This document shows, in pieces, positions 1 through 45,117 of a DNA stretch of 64,000 bases (positions are counted from its first letter, which is position 1; every line of letters starts with the position of its first letter). This DNA is from Tubiluchus corallicola (Eukaryota > Animalia > Priapulida). Made by a program: the position numbers and the translations under genes. The notes beneath the pieces were generated by a model. That model worked only from the letters and a program-made list of their open reading frames with translations, was not told the origin of the DNA and searched no databases. The stretch covers positions 232,526 through 296,525 of the forward strand of contig JAQGDQ010000207.1 in assembly GCA_030141605.1 (NCBI GenBank), written 5' to 3'.

Positions 1-51
1 CAGAACCACGCCATACACACATAAGCTCAATTTTTTTTTCTTTTTCGTTAG

Positions 52-13748
<13,697 letters not shown>

Positions 13749-15759
13749 ATATTATGTTACTAATTAATACAGTATTATTATTGTTATTCATTAAAGTTGA
13801 CAAGAGAGTGTATTTCAAATTGTGTTTTGCAGCAAGATGCACAAAATTGGTAAAGAGTGTACCTGTGTAAAATAAAAATGCGAATGTATCACCATACTGG
13901 TTGTTTTCGCTCAAACAGTTTTCATTCAAAAAAGATTTTTTTCTTTACATTCCTGTGTCTTCCTTGAGCAGTGTTTCTAAAATGGCTATGATTAAACAAA
14001 AACAAAGAAATTTTAGAAACAACAGAAAGTTGAACCCAACAACAATGTTTGGTTACTTACATAAAATGTGTACTTACTTCAGGTGGAAGGTGAAAGCACA
14101 CATATGGTACTTACTAAAGCTGGGCGGAGAAAAAAGATAATATATCTCTAAATTTTAAAAATTATAAGCACAATTACAAAGTAGTAAGTATAATATGCAC
14201 AAAGAGAAAAACACTATAAAAGCTGAACCATAAAATGTTACGATTTGCTTGTTATGCATTGATCAACTAGAGCAGATAATTACACCGCTTGTAGCGTGTT
14301 AGCATAGCGTAGAGTTTTACACACATTCACTAGTAAAGACTATTAAAACTTGATTAATGACGATGACACATTGTGAAATAGAAGTATTTTGATTTCAGTT
14401 TATCAGTAATTTATTTGCAAAAAGAATTCCTTCCTGCTGTAAAAGAGTTCGGGAGTGGAAAGGTGTTAGTCAAAACGCACCTGGTTAGCAGGGTGGCCGC
14501 CAGAAAAACACCCTTGGACCGTTTCACCGAATATAAATTAGCTTCCTGTTTGGACACATTGCTATAGACACAACGAAAAGAAATAGATTGGAGATAAAGA
14601 TACACAAGTGAAACAACTAAATGTCTCTTATGTCGTGTAAAGGTGATCGCATGCTATAGGCATCTGCATGTCGTGTGTCTGCATGTACAAAAGTAAACTA
14701 AAGTAAATTTCGTTAAAACTAGTAAATTAATAATATTTACCTCGATGAGTGATAAAAATTGAAGTTGGTCAAAACAGGAGATATCATAGAAGGCGAATGT
14801 ACCCTTCAAGAAAATAGAACAGAAGCGCTTATGTGGTTGGATTCGCCGAAAAAGGGCAGATCTATTTAACGAGCAGATTCATTTTACAGGCAAAACCACA
14901 CGACGGGTATATTTCAGGACCGTATTGGGAAAGTGAAAAATCGGTCTCTGTAATGGTTCTTAGTATCTTCATGCAAAATTTCAGCCTCCTACGGTGAAGA
15001 CTAGATACAATAGCATCAAAGACAAATGTGGCAAAAGCAACAGGGAAAATCAACAGGGCAACAGAGACATGCACTTGGAGGATCCAAAAAATTAGATTTT
15101 TTGTTGCCAAAACTTTCTGGAATAATAAATTATTTCAATTTCTCCGTCAATAATAGATATGTTACGCATAACGAATGTTATGTATGAAACACCTAAATTA
15201 CTATTCTGCAAAAAAACTATACTATGCTGAAAATTAAAGCACGTCCAAAGATGCTGATATACTATACCAGCCTTACTATCTTAACTTTACTCCGTGCAAC
15301 GCGCATTAAAGGTTCCTCTTAGTTTTCCCTACAAGCTTTACAACCACTACATTCAAATTTGTATTTATGAGAGGAATTATTTGGTAAGGATAACAAGCCC
15401 TCTCTTAATGTGCACAGGAGTGCTATATTGTCGCTAATCACTCACTAGACTCATTCTTCAAAACACTGTGAAAAATAAAATCGCGAATTAAAATCAATCT
15501 AATACAATTACATCACTGAAATTATACTTTCGATTTCCACTGGTGTTACTGACTAAAATAAAACGGCATAAATTTAAAATTAGAATTCCGTGAATAATTA
15601 AGTAAATTAGAATTCAAGGAAATTTTAATATCAACGCAAATACAGAAGTCACTGCAGAAGCGTAATAAGACGGTGTTAGAGGGGTATTTTCATTTAAAAA
15701 AATAATTTGCTAGAAAGAAGAGAGAACAGACAAAACAGACTTTTTCGCTGATAAGCTGG

Positions 15760-15839
15760 CCAATAAGAAACATCAACGCACGCACCTATGACGTAACACG
15801 TATTACCTAACTACTGAATTACACTGTAACCATGATAAT
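15760..15839 (+). promoter_or_regulatory. Putative proximal promoter of gene 2 (CCAAT box, CRE-like site, RFX X-box-like site)
   Basis: CCAAT 15760-15764, TGACGTAA 15789-15796, GTAACCATGATAAT 15826-15839; 140-220 bp upstream of aaacATGg at 15977. Confidence 0.4.
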
Positions 15840-15976
15840 ACAAAGCCATTGAATTAAAACCACCCAATGTTAGGGCTTTGCGCAAGCATTATGTGACCAC
15901 GTTCACCAGAATTTCTGGAGGGCGAGCACAGTTTAAGAACTCTGTAGGTCATTTCAGTTTCCTTGCGACTTGAAAC

Positions 15977-35525
<19,549 letters not shown>

Positions 35526-35892
35526 AGAACACAACACAAACGGCGAATTCTTCAAATGATTTATTCAAAAATTTTGATGAATTTTTTGCACATTGAACCG
35601 TTGTCACAAAGAAGAATGTAAAATACTTGGCGAATTCAGCGTTTTTGTTGTTTTTATCATTATCCATGTTTATGAGCTATGTTTGTAGAATTGCAGTATA
35701 TCATACGTATTATCAGCTGTGTTGTGCTGCTTTGTGTCAGCGGAGATACATACTATATATTTTGTCATTATATTTGGAAGGAGTTTACAATTCCCTAAAC
35801 AGTTTAAACATCCTAACCCTAAAACCCTGATACTAATGGCCTAGTCCGCTTCACGAATTAATTTCTTGTGTGTCATCAGCCACCAGTTACTT

Positions 35893-36638
35893 TTATCCAC
35901 GGTAACGATATGGACGGAAGAAATAACGTCTGCGGCAACCCCAGTATGGACGACAAAAGACACGCCAGTAGTAATATCCCTGCCTTCTATATGGGCGGCG
36001 ACGAGGAAAACCTCTTCTACTGGAGGCAGTAGTTGTTGTAGATAGAGTTGCTAGTGTTGTTGGCGATGGTGACGTCACTGGAAACCAGCTGTGGTGGTGG
36101 CGAACTCTGTAAATATCGGCCGACAAAAATTGTTTGCTGCAAAAATTTAAACAAATGTCACAATGAATGACAACTAATGTGAGACAGGAACGTAGCTGAA
36201 ACAGACAAAATAATAACCTGGGGTATATTGATCTGAAGGTTCTCAATTAGATTTTGTTGCTGGCTCATTCACAAGCATTTCCAAATTATTCAGGTAGTTC
36301 GGGTTAAGATTAGGATTAGAACTAAGGTTAAGGTTAGCCTACGTATGATTCCAGACTTTTAGGTACACCCATTCAATTTCAAAAGATTTATTTAATACCT
36401 TTAGATTCTGATTAGAATAGGAACTCAGCAATGCAGGAGCTATGGTGAAACTTTATTAGAAGATATTATGTCTTACGCCATTGATCTCATTCAAAGCCGC
36501 TACTGGACAGTTAATCACTTCACTACTATTACGTTCTACTCACAGCTATACAGACGCTTTATTCGTTGTATATCCTCGGGCTGCAAGTCTTCCCTAAACC
36601 TAGCAGAGCCGGTAATGAATGGATACGTGACACCACGC
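35893..36638 (-). CDS. Orphan antisense 2-exon fragment: metzincin (matrixin-like) catalytic-domain C-terminus, Thr-rich hinge, Arg/Tyr-rich tail
   Basis: Exon 36638-36544 (ttttcag|..|gtgagt) encodes RGVTYPFITGSARFREDLQPEDIQRIKRLYS. Phase-1 join to 36077-35893 (tttccag|) gives TSPSPTT..RRGFPRRRPYRRQGYYYWRVFCRPYWGCRRRYFFRPYRYRG then stop. No HExxH exon found. Confidence 0.4.
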
Positions 36639-38419
36639 CTGAAAATAGCAACAAAAATTGGTAAACATGCATTTGATAATAAAAGCTGTGCAGAAAATTT
36701 GTATCTCAGTAATGAGCAATTAAATTGAATAAAATTTGCAATTAAGTGAAATAACGCAACCGGATCCGTGGTTGGCTTATTATGAATCAAACAAATTAAC
36801 GAATTACGGTAAGAATTTACTGATTCACACATCCGGCCGAAACGAATTATGCTAAAACACTTTACTTTTTACACAGAGTATAGGAGCATACTGCAAATTA
36901 TGATATAGACCTTCCGGGAGATGGAAGACACCTCATGCCGGAGTATGGATTATGACTTGCCCCTCATGCCTTTTTCTGTGTGACACAGGTTTAAACATGC
37001 AACATTGAAAAAGTACATTGGAATGTAACGCAAAACCTACTAGTCGAAGTATATGTATCTTACTCTTGACACAGTTTGGAACCTTTTATCTTATGTATAA
37101 TTTATTTTTGTAGGACTTTTCATTTAGGCAGTAGACATCATAGTTGTGATAGGTAACTGTTACGCTACTGTGTGATTACAACGGGTGGCACGGAAAAAAT
37201 GTGCCGAAGTTTATACCACAATAACGTTAGAAACAAACGCGCTACAAAGTTGAAATATCACAGTCGTTATTACTATTCATTAACATTTGTTTCTGAAAGT
37301 TACAAGTTTATACTTTTAGTAGCTTTACATATTTAAAGCAGTTAAAACATTTTTGAGATAACAAGAGATTACCTTTTTCAGATTTAAATTGAAAATGATT
37401 GCAATCCTGCACCATTCACGTCTAGTCAAAATTTATAGTGGAATGGCATTTATGAGTTTTTGTGGTGAATGACCCAAATTAATTACTTACTTTGAAACAC
37501 TAATGTATTGATATTGTTTGTTTTTTAACATCCTATTACTATTTCATTATTCATTAACTAAATTTGTTATCTATATATTAATATTCTTGGTATCTATGAG
37601 AATTATTATAATTTTATTCGATTGCTACTATTCTATTTATGTTTTTTAATTCGTTAACGGTATAGAACTGCATATACATACGAGCTTAAAAACAAAAGTA
37701 GATATCAAACAAACAGGGTGCACGTAACAAGTTCGAACTCTCTTTACATGCGGTTACAGTTAATAGCATAGCATCGACGTAGTCAGTAATTCAAAATAGG
37801 CAATATACTATATCAAAATATCAGTGCAGTCGAAAGTCAGAATTAAATGAATTAAATGTGAAAATATATCAAACAGGCTGTGATATCACCAACGAGCAAA
37901 TCTCTTTGCTAGAGTTAGAACTCCAGATGCTATTTCTGCTTTCAACATAAATTCATGTGAATGTCTTATGTACTAGTGATAGTCCTGGAGTCAGTATATA
38001 GTTCCGTAAAAATTTTAATGTACCCTATTTCTGACAGTGGATTTCCATTCAGAACTACTCTAGCAAAAGTATTATCTTAGATAGATTTTTCATAATTGGG
38101 AGAAAATTGAGTGAGCGGCCATTGTTAAAATTGGTTTCCGATACACGGGATTCTTTGTGCAACTTTGCTTCTGCAGCACAGATGAAACCGAATTTGCTAT
38201 GCAATCATAGGTTTTCAAAGTCTGTGTATATAAGGGCAGTGTTAGTTTTGCGTTATGTGGCTTAGTTTAGGCACTTTGCGGAAATGTCGGCAAAAATAAA
38301 ATGAAACATTACTAATGTGGTAACGTAATGTAAAAGATGCCACAAGAACACAAGCAAAAATTTTAAGAATTTACTCCTTCTTGTACTTACACACTACAAG
38401 CTTAATATGTGTGCTTGTG

Positions 38420-39020
38420 TTTCCATATAAGTGAAGTCATCCAGCTCCCGTTCAGCGCAGGAGCACTGACCAAGTGCTCAATGTGTTTTGGGTTGTTTGC
38501 TGTTATTGTAACATGGGCGTAGACTCTAGCGCTTCTTCGTGCTATCAAATTCTTTACAAGACACGTCACTTTGTCAACAAACAATAACTGAACAATGGTG
38601 GTTCTTCTCCATAACAAAACTCATTGTTGGTATTGTAAGAGCGAGTTCCAGGCAAAAGGAAATACTGTAGGTGCTACATTGGCAGGCAAGCCAATGAGCC
38701 ACTAAGCACTTCAGGTCCGCCGCCATGTTGGCGAAATAACATTGCTGGTACTTCATCGGCATTACTGAAAATGTGCTGCTGTAAAAAATAAGGTTTCTAA
38801 GAAGAAGCAGGAGTTGTCGAGAAGTGCCAAGTAGCCAAGAAGTTCTGCAATCTTACACACAAAAAAATTAGAAAGTGTCATAGACGTCAGTGATAGGAAA
38901 CGTCAAACAGAAGTTGGTCAAATTAGTCCTAATGCTGGAGCCACTACTGCCACAGACAAACCGACAAGTAAAGACGTGCCAAAATCAGACGTCAGTCCAC
39001 AAGTTGATCTTGGGTTAGAT
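38420..39020 (+). pseudogene. Decayed, frameshifted copy of the gene 2 insert exon
   Basis: Collinear DNA relics versus gene 2: tgttttgggttg..ttattgtaacatgggc (CFE..YSGMG), acaataactgaa (TITE), gagttccagg..aggtgctacattggcaggcaagccaatgagcca (EFPG..AGP..GREGEEP), caaaaaaattagaaagt (QKK.ES), agtccacaagtt (SPQV). Stops or frameshifts occur in all frames upstream of 38835. Confidence 0.6.
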
Positions 39021-40168
39021 ATGGCTACTGGTGGTCAGGTAGACCCTCCCTCTGGTTCTTTGTCTAAAACTTCTGTCGAAGAAGGTAAAGAAGGTGCAGA
39101 TGAAGGTGTCAAACTCGGCGCGCACAACACAAATGACTTTCTGATATTTGTGGCAGGTGGAGCAGATCCAGATGATGATGAAAAGTAAGTGCAACAAATA
39201 GGAATTAATTAAATTTTTGTATAATGTTTTCAGACTACTTTTTTAAATACTGTGTTTTTATTAGTTTTCTTTTATTTGTATGCTCACACGATTTTAATTA
39301 ATTTACCTTATGGTATGAAACAGTACATTTGTTTCTTTGATGATATGATGTGGCTGATGGGTGTGGATGGTATGATGTGGGTGGTGTAGTGCAGAGGGTG
39401 TGGCATGGGTGGTGTTGGTGTAGTATGCTGGGTGTGCTGTGAGTGGTGTGATGTGGGGTGTTGTGTGAAAAATTCTTTTTTGCGGGGTTTGGTTACATTA
39501 TATAACAGTACGCATATTGTCCGAGAACCACTTAAAGGAAAACCGGCTGATTGTGTAAACATTAGTTCAGAATAAAGAATTCTCTAAAATATTGAAAACT
39601 ACAATAGTTTTTTTAAATCAAAGCTTAGATTAAATAATAATTATCTCGGATACTCAAATATTGTTAAACTTTCAAAGCTACGCGCGGCTCAGTGAATCTA
39701 TTAATGTTGACAGCGGCGCCTTTTTATCACATTCGTGTGGCCGACAAGTAGAAGGCGGTATCGCGATAAGCATGATCATGAACTGCAGTGTTAGTTTCTG
39801 ACGTCATTTGATGTAGAGCCCATTTTTCTTGACACCATGCGTTTAAACAGTACCTGTAACACTTATGCAAATGTGCTTGTTGCGCAAGAGAACACGCCTG
39901 CCATTGCACAAACTGTGGTTAGTTTCTGACGTAAGCAATAGCTGTATTTGGTTGCCGTTAATTAACTTTCTACGCTAAATATTCCAATATAAGAAACAAC
40001 TACTAACTTTTATAGGCAAGGAAACGTATATTTTGGACAGTAAATCAAAATGAAATTAAGTCTAAACAATCGTCCGGTCTTCCTTTAAGATACAACCAGT
40101 ACATGGTTAAAGTGTTATTCACCTTAAATAAAGCTTTTATTATTGATATTATTATTATTATTATTATT

Positions 40169-40225
<57 letters not shown>

Positions 40226-43200
40226 ATTATTATTACTACTACTACTACAACTATTAATTTTTTACGTACATAACTACGCATCTTCAGTTGTTGCAAGTAA
40301 ACTACATTAGAAAACAACATGTTATGTATGCAATACGATGAAAGCAATGAAGAGCACTTCAACACAGCGTAATTCAATGCAAATGTGTTATGTTAACAAT
40401 TCCCAATCCTTTTTGCAGAAGCGCTGGCACAAGTTTTTATTGCTACGATCCAGAAAGTGGCGAATGGACTCAAAAGCCAGATCTGTCTGAACCCATTGAC
40501 AACCATGGAATGTGTGCGGTTGGCCCACACGTTTTCGTGATAGGTAGATTAAATTATTTTTCAAGTTTCAAAGTTTACAAATCTAATTATAATGTCATAA
40601 TAGGAGGCTATTACCAATAATTTGAGAATTCTGAAAAATACAGTTATAGCTGTTGATGTGTGGCAAAACACAAAATCTCTCAGTCACCGGAGCTATTCAG
40701 TTCAAAATAAATAATCAGAAACAGAAAATATCATGGTGTCCACTTAGCAAATTTAAAAAACAAACTTATATAATCACAAAATTATACATAAAATACACAA
40801 ATTTAAAAACTGTGTACCTCCTAGAGCGGTGTACAGTAAGAAGACTGCGGCAATCTTTTAATTGACGTCAAACAAAATGTCATTATTCTCAGTCAATCTC
40901 TGCTGCCTGTCCAATCAGTGCGCATATTTTTCACATGCCCACAGAACCGGTTCATTACCTTGTCTTTCGGGACAAGAGGTCTAACATGTCGGTATATGTC
41001 ATATTCAGGCAAAATGTTTTCTTTTCTGTTCAGTTTTTATAAACTTCAATAAGATCTTCACGGTCCAAATTAATTCAAATGTGGTCAAAAATTATGTTAT
41101 ATATCAACGTAAAATTTGTATCCTGAAATAGTCAATTTTATGCTATTCTGCTATAATCATGATTAAAAGATGCCATTTGTGACTTATGACTTACGTAACT
41201 TGGACAAGATCGTTTACGGAATAAAATAATCAAATTTGTTCCACTTCTGTAGTCTAACAAACAGTTGAAAAAATGCAAAAAGTGGATAAATATATTTTGT
41301 TGCTCATTTATTGTAAAGCAATGCTAACTGGCTTAGTTTCTTTATTACACTCATGTCTGTACATTTTGTGCTGCTTTGAAACTTCGTCTCTACAATTCTG
41401 TTTAAATTGAAAAGTCATTTTTTGGTTACTTGAAGTTTTAATTTCGTGTAAAAATACCTGCTGCTCTGCAAGTTTATGCTTATTAAAAAGTGCAATCAGT
41501 TTATCTGCAGATTAGACAGTAACTGTGACGGTCATGGTGTTGTTTAGTTTAGTTTAAACAGTTGTTGTCCAGCGTGAGCTGTTGTCCCGAATGCCGCTGA
41601 GTGTGCTTACGTTAAAACGTCAATTCACCGACAATCAAGTTTTGCTGACTGCTCATTCAGCGTGCGATGTTTTTGGCACACTTGTATAACCTACGTGTGG
41701 CTGTTCTTTCAGGACATTAGCTGCAGCTTTGTAGTGCCGATATATGTTATAATGCTTTGAAAAGTGCTCAACTTTTCATCAGTTCGCGGCAAAGACACCC
41801 GCCTGTTCTAGATTTTATTACAGATTATCGATTGTCTGTATTGTGAAATTGGAAATGAATTAATGGAAATATGTAGTTTAATTTTGTCTTTATAGGAAGA
41901 AATGCACGACGCTTACGTCTATGTCCCGAATGCCCTAAGCGTCGCCAATATACTTGACGTCAATTAGGACTATTATACACCTTTCTCGACCCTCTTTTCT
42001 CCAAGTATTCTCAATGACGTGTTATTCAATGAACAGCCTACTATCTATATGACTTGATGCAAAAAATATTGTCACAGTTCACTGTTGATAATGCCCAGAG
42101 ATAGCAGACGAAACGTCTTGGTTTTAAACGTGTACTTAACATGTATTTCTGTGATTTTAATAAAATTTGATCTTTGTAAATCAGAGACAGTTTACAGTCA
42201 GTTTAACAATGATATCTAGTATTCTGCTTTTCCAGGAGGCTCAAATCCCGTGTTTAGGAAAGAAACTACTGTCGCACCTGTTCAGACGTCTTCCATGTTC
42301 GACTCAAGGTCCAACATTTGGGGCAGCGTTGCCAAAATGAAATCTCCACGAATGGAGCATGAATGCATTTCCACCGGTGATAAAATTTATGTATTTGGTG
42401 GAACCATTGACAAAATGAAGTAAGAGTGCATAATTAATTACAACTAACTACATTTAATTGTGAAACATTATTACTGGATTGTATTGAAACCATTATAACT
42501 GTAAATATTTTATTACAACATAGAGAATACTAACTTATTTCATTTAAATATTTGATTTGTACTAACATCAATAATTTTACAGAGATATTTTGCTGATTGT
42601 ATTTGTGTTGTTCAATCATTGAAAGTACATTTATATTTGTATGTTGAAGTTATAATGTGTTTTCTGTGCTCGTAAGTGGTACTTATAAACTTATTTGTTG
42701 TTCCAAAATTGAAAGGAACTGTTATTTAATAACCTTCACAGTGCTAATAAATAAAACATGTCTGCATCCAAACTATTAACATTTAGCTTAGTTGGTTGGA
42801 TGAAATGTTCTAGCCAGTTCCAGTGATGGCTAAAATGGTGGTACGTGTCCACAAGGCTATAATATTATTAGCATTTCTCTCGTATTTTCACAATTGGGTC
42901 CATAAACTAGGCGAATGACTGTTATGGGAGTTGCTATAGAATCTCTTGCAATAAAATCTGCTGCGATGTTCAGCGTCCGGCTTAGTTAATTAGTTAATTA
43001 AGGAACAAACACTAAGAGAAACACTAAGTCCGGAAATGGCTGCATGTGGCCGTATTTTGTGGATTGTGAACTCAATAATATTTTTTTTATTTTCCAACTA
43101 TGTTTGAACAATTTATTTCATAAAAGTGAGAACGACAATCATTTCAGAGTTACAAGTAATGTGGATTGCTACTGCTTAAGGACAAATCAGTGGACAACGA

Positions 43201-44359
43201 TGGCCCCCATGAAATATGCCCGTAAAAACTTCGGCGTTGCTTTCCACAAGAAGAAAATATGGGTGGCTGGTGGGAGCACAGAAACAGTTGATAACGCTGT
43301 GGTTGCTACAGATTCTGTTGAAATTTACGACCCTGAGAAAAATAGGTAAAAACTAAATTTCATTTTCCTAAAACTAATAATGTTTTTGAAGAAGAAATAA
43401 CCAGGCAGATTAAAAGCAACAACTGCAATTTAATATACAAAAAAATGTATACTAAAATACACTCATTTTCAGTTGGCACGTTGGGATTCCGTTGCCTCAA
43501 TCATGTGCTTTTGTTAATCTCTGTAACGTCAGGGGAAAACTGTACGTGGTCGGTGGAATAGCAAAACCAAAAAGGGGCAAACTGAAGTTCTTGCGCAAGA
43601 TCCATGTCTACCATGACATAGACAACAAGTGGATAACAAAAACCACGATGACGGAAGATCGACGATATTTTGTAACAGCCGTTGCAGGTAATATAACGTG
43701 TCAACGTCGCGGTACAAAAATTAAACGTCATAGACTACCCGTTCTGATCCTAATTTTAAATGTGCTCTTCATTCAACTTTTTCTCACTATTTTAAAGTGA
43801 GTTTCTTTAATTAGAAAAGGTCTAACTACGTAATATGATCACATAGTGCATCCACTCATACATGCTGTTTATGTAGGTATGTTCTGCACATAATTCAATC
43901 TAGTACTTTAGTCTGGTTTTGATTCAGTAGTAATGAAAGTAGCCATTACCCGAAACAAGACAGTGCTTGGAGTTGCTAAAAAGCCTTCGCTGCATCTCAG
44001 TGTTACTTCTTTACACGCTTTGGTCTTGAGTAATGTTGTTCATCCTCGTCCAGACAAATCTATAGCTTTAGGAAAACAGCACGAGGGAAGTTTCTCTTAA
44101 AAAGCAAATTAATGTTTTGACTAACTAATGGCAGTAATGCAATAATGTCCATATTGCATTTATAAAACGGTGATTTATTTTTTCAGGACCTCATATTTAC
44201 ATCTTAGGAGGAAATAACGCGAATAGTGCAGGAAAGAGTCTCACAGACGTTACTTGCTACAATGTGTTGTCGAATGAGTGGAAACTTTCCGCTTCAAAAA
44301 TGCCCAAGTCTGCCATGGGCATGAAAGCAGTCACTGTGAAAAAACAGACGGCACATTAG
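39021..44359 (+). CDS. Gene 3: Kelch-only paralog of gene 2 (~352 aa if initiated at ATG 39021)
   Basis: Exons 39021-39184, 40419-40543, 42236-42419, 43148-43345, 43473-43687, 44187-44359 (TAG); 1059 nt, intact. The 125/198/215-nt exons equal gene 2 in length. 5' end uncertain (frame is open back to 38835). Confidence 0.8.
39536..40084 (+). mobile_element. Non-autonomous Kolobok-like DNA transposon, copy 1 (TTAA TSD)
   Basis: TTAA|AGGAAAACCGG...CCGGTCTTCCT|TTAA. Confidence 0.8.
40148..40250. repeat. (ATT)/(GTT)/(ACT) microsatellite
   Basis: Direct reading. Confidence 0.9.
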
Positions 44360-44598
44360 GAGATAAACGAACATCACTCTCACGCTAACACTAATTCATA
44401 AGCGATTCATTGTATTAAAGTTGTTAAATGATTTTACGATAAAGTAAATTTTATTTCTTTCGACTTTTATGCTTTTGAGTTAAAGATCCAATGACACAAT
44501 TTTTTATGTTATTTTCTTTTATAGCGCAGGCAGAATTGCATATTTCTTAACTTTTAAGACAGTTCCAATGCATACTTTTATGTGATAGTGTTACTTAA

Positions 44599-45117
44599 AG
44601 GAAGACCGGACGATTGTTTAGACTCAACCTCATTTTAATTTATTGTCCAAAATATACATTTTCTTGCCTGTAAAAGCTAACAATTGTTCCTTATATTTGA
44701 ATAATTAGCTTAGAAAGTTAATTAACAGCAACTAAACACAGCTTTTGCTTACGTCAGAAACTAACCACAGTTTGTGCAATGGCAGGCGCAACAAGCACAT
44801 TTGCATAAGTGTTACAGTACTGTTTAAACGAAAAATGAGCTTTACATCATATGACGTCAGAAACTAACACTGCAGTTCATGATCACGCTTATCACGGTAC
44901 TGCCTTCTATTTATCGGCCACGCGAATGTGACAAAAAGGCGCCTTTTCAAATCTTAGTATATTCATTGAGCCGCACGTAGCTTCGAAAGTTTAACGAAAG
45001 TATCCGATTTAATTATTATGTAATCTCAGCTTTGATTTAAAAAAACTATCGTAGTTTTCAATATTTTAGAGCATTTTTTATTCTGAACTAATGTTTACAC
45101 AATTTTCCGGTTTTCCT
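44599..45117 (-). mobile_element. Non-autonomous Kolobok-like DNA transposon, copy 2 (inverted relative to copy 1)
   Basis: TTAA|AGGAAGACCGG...CCGGTTTTCCT|TTAA; full-length diverged reverse complement of 39536-40084. Confidence 0.8.

Noticed and set aside
14400-15110. Coding-like purine-rich stretch between genes 1 and 2
   Set aside because: Stops in all frames, no recognisable domain or consistent splice sites; possibly a decayed transposon but unsupported
36915-36970. Two minus-strand CAT-GAG (His-Glu) starts as a candidate HExxH zinc motif for the antisense fragment
   Set aside because: The second His codon is out of register in both and there is no GxxH; not a metzincin motif
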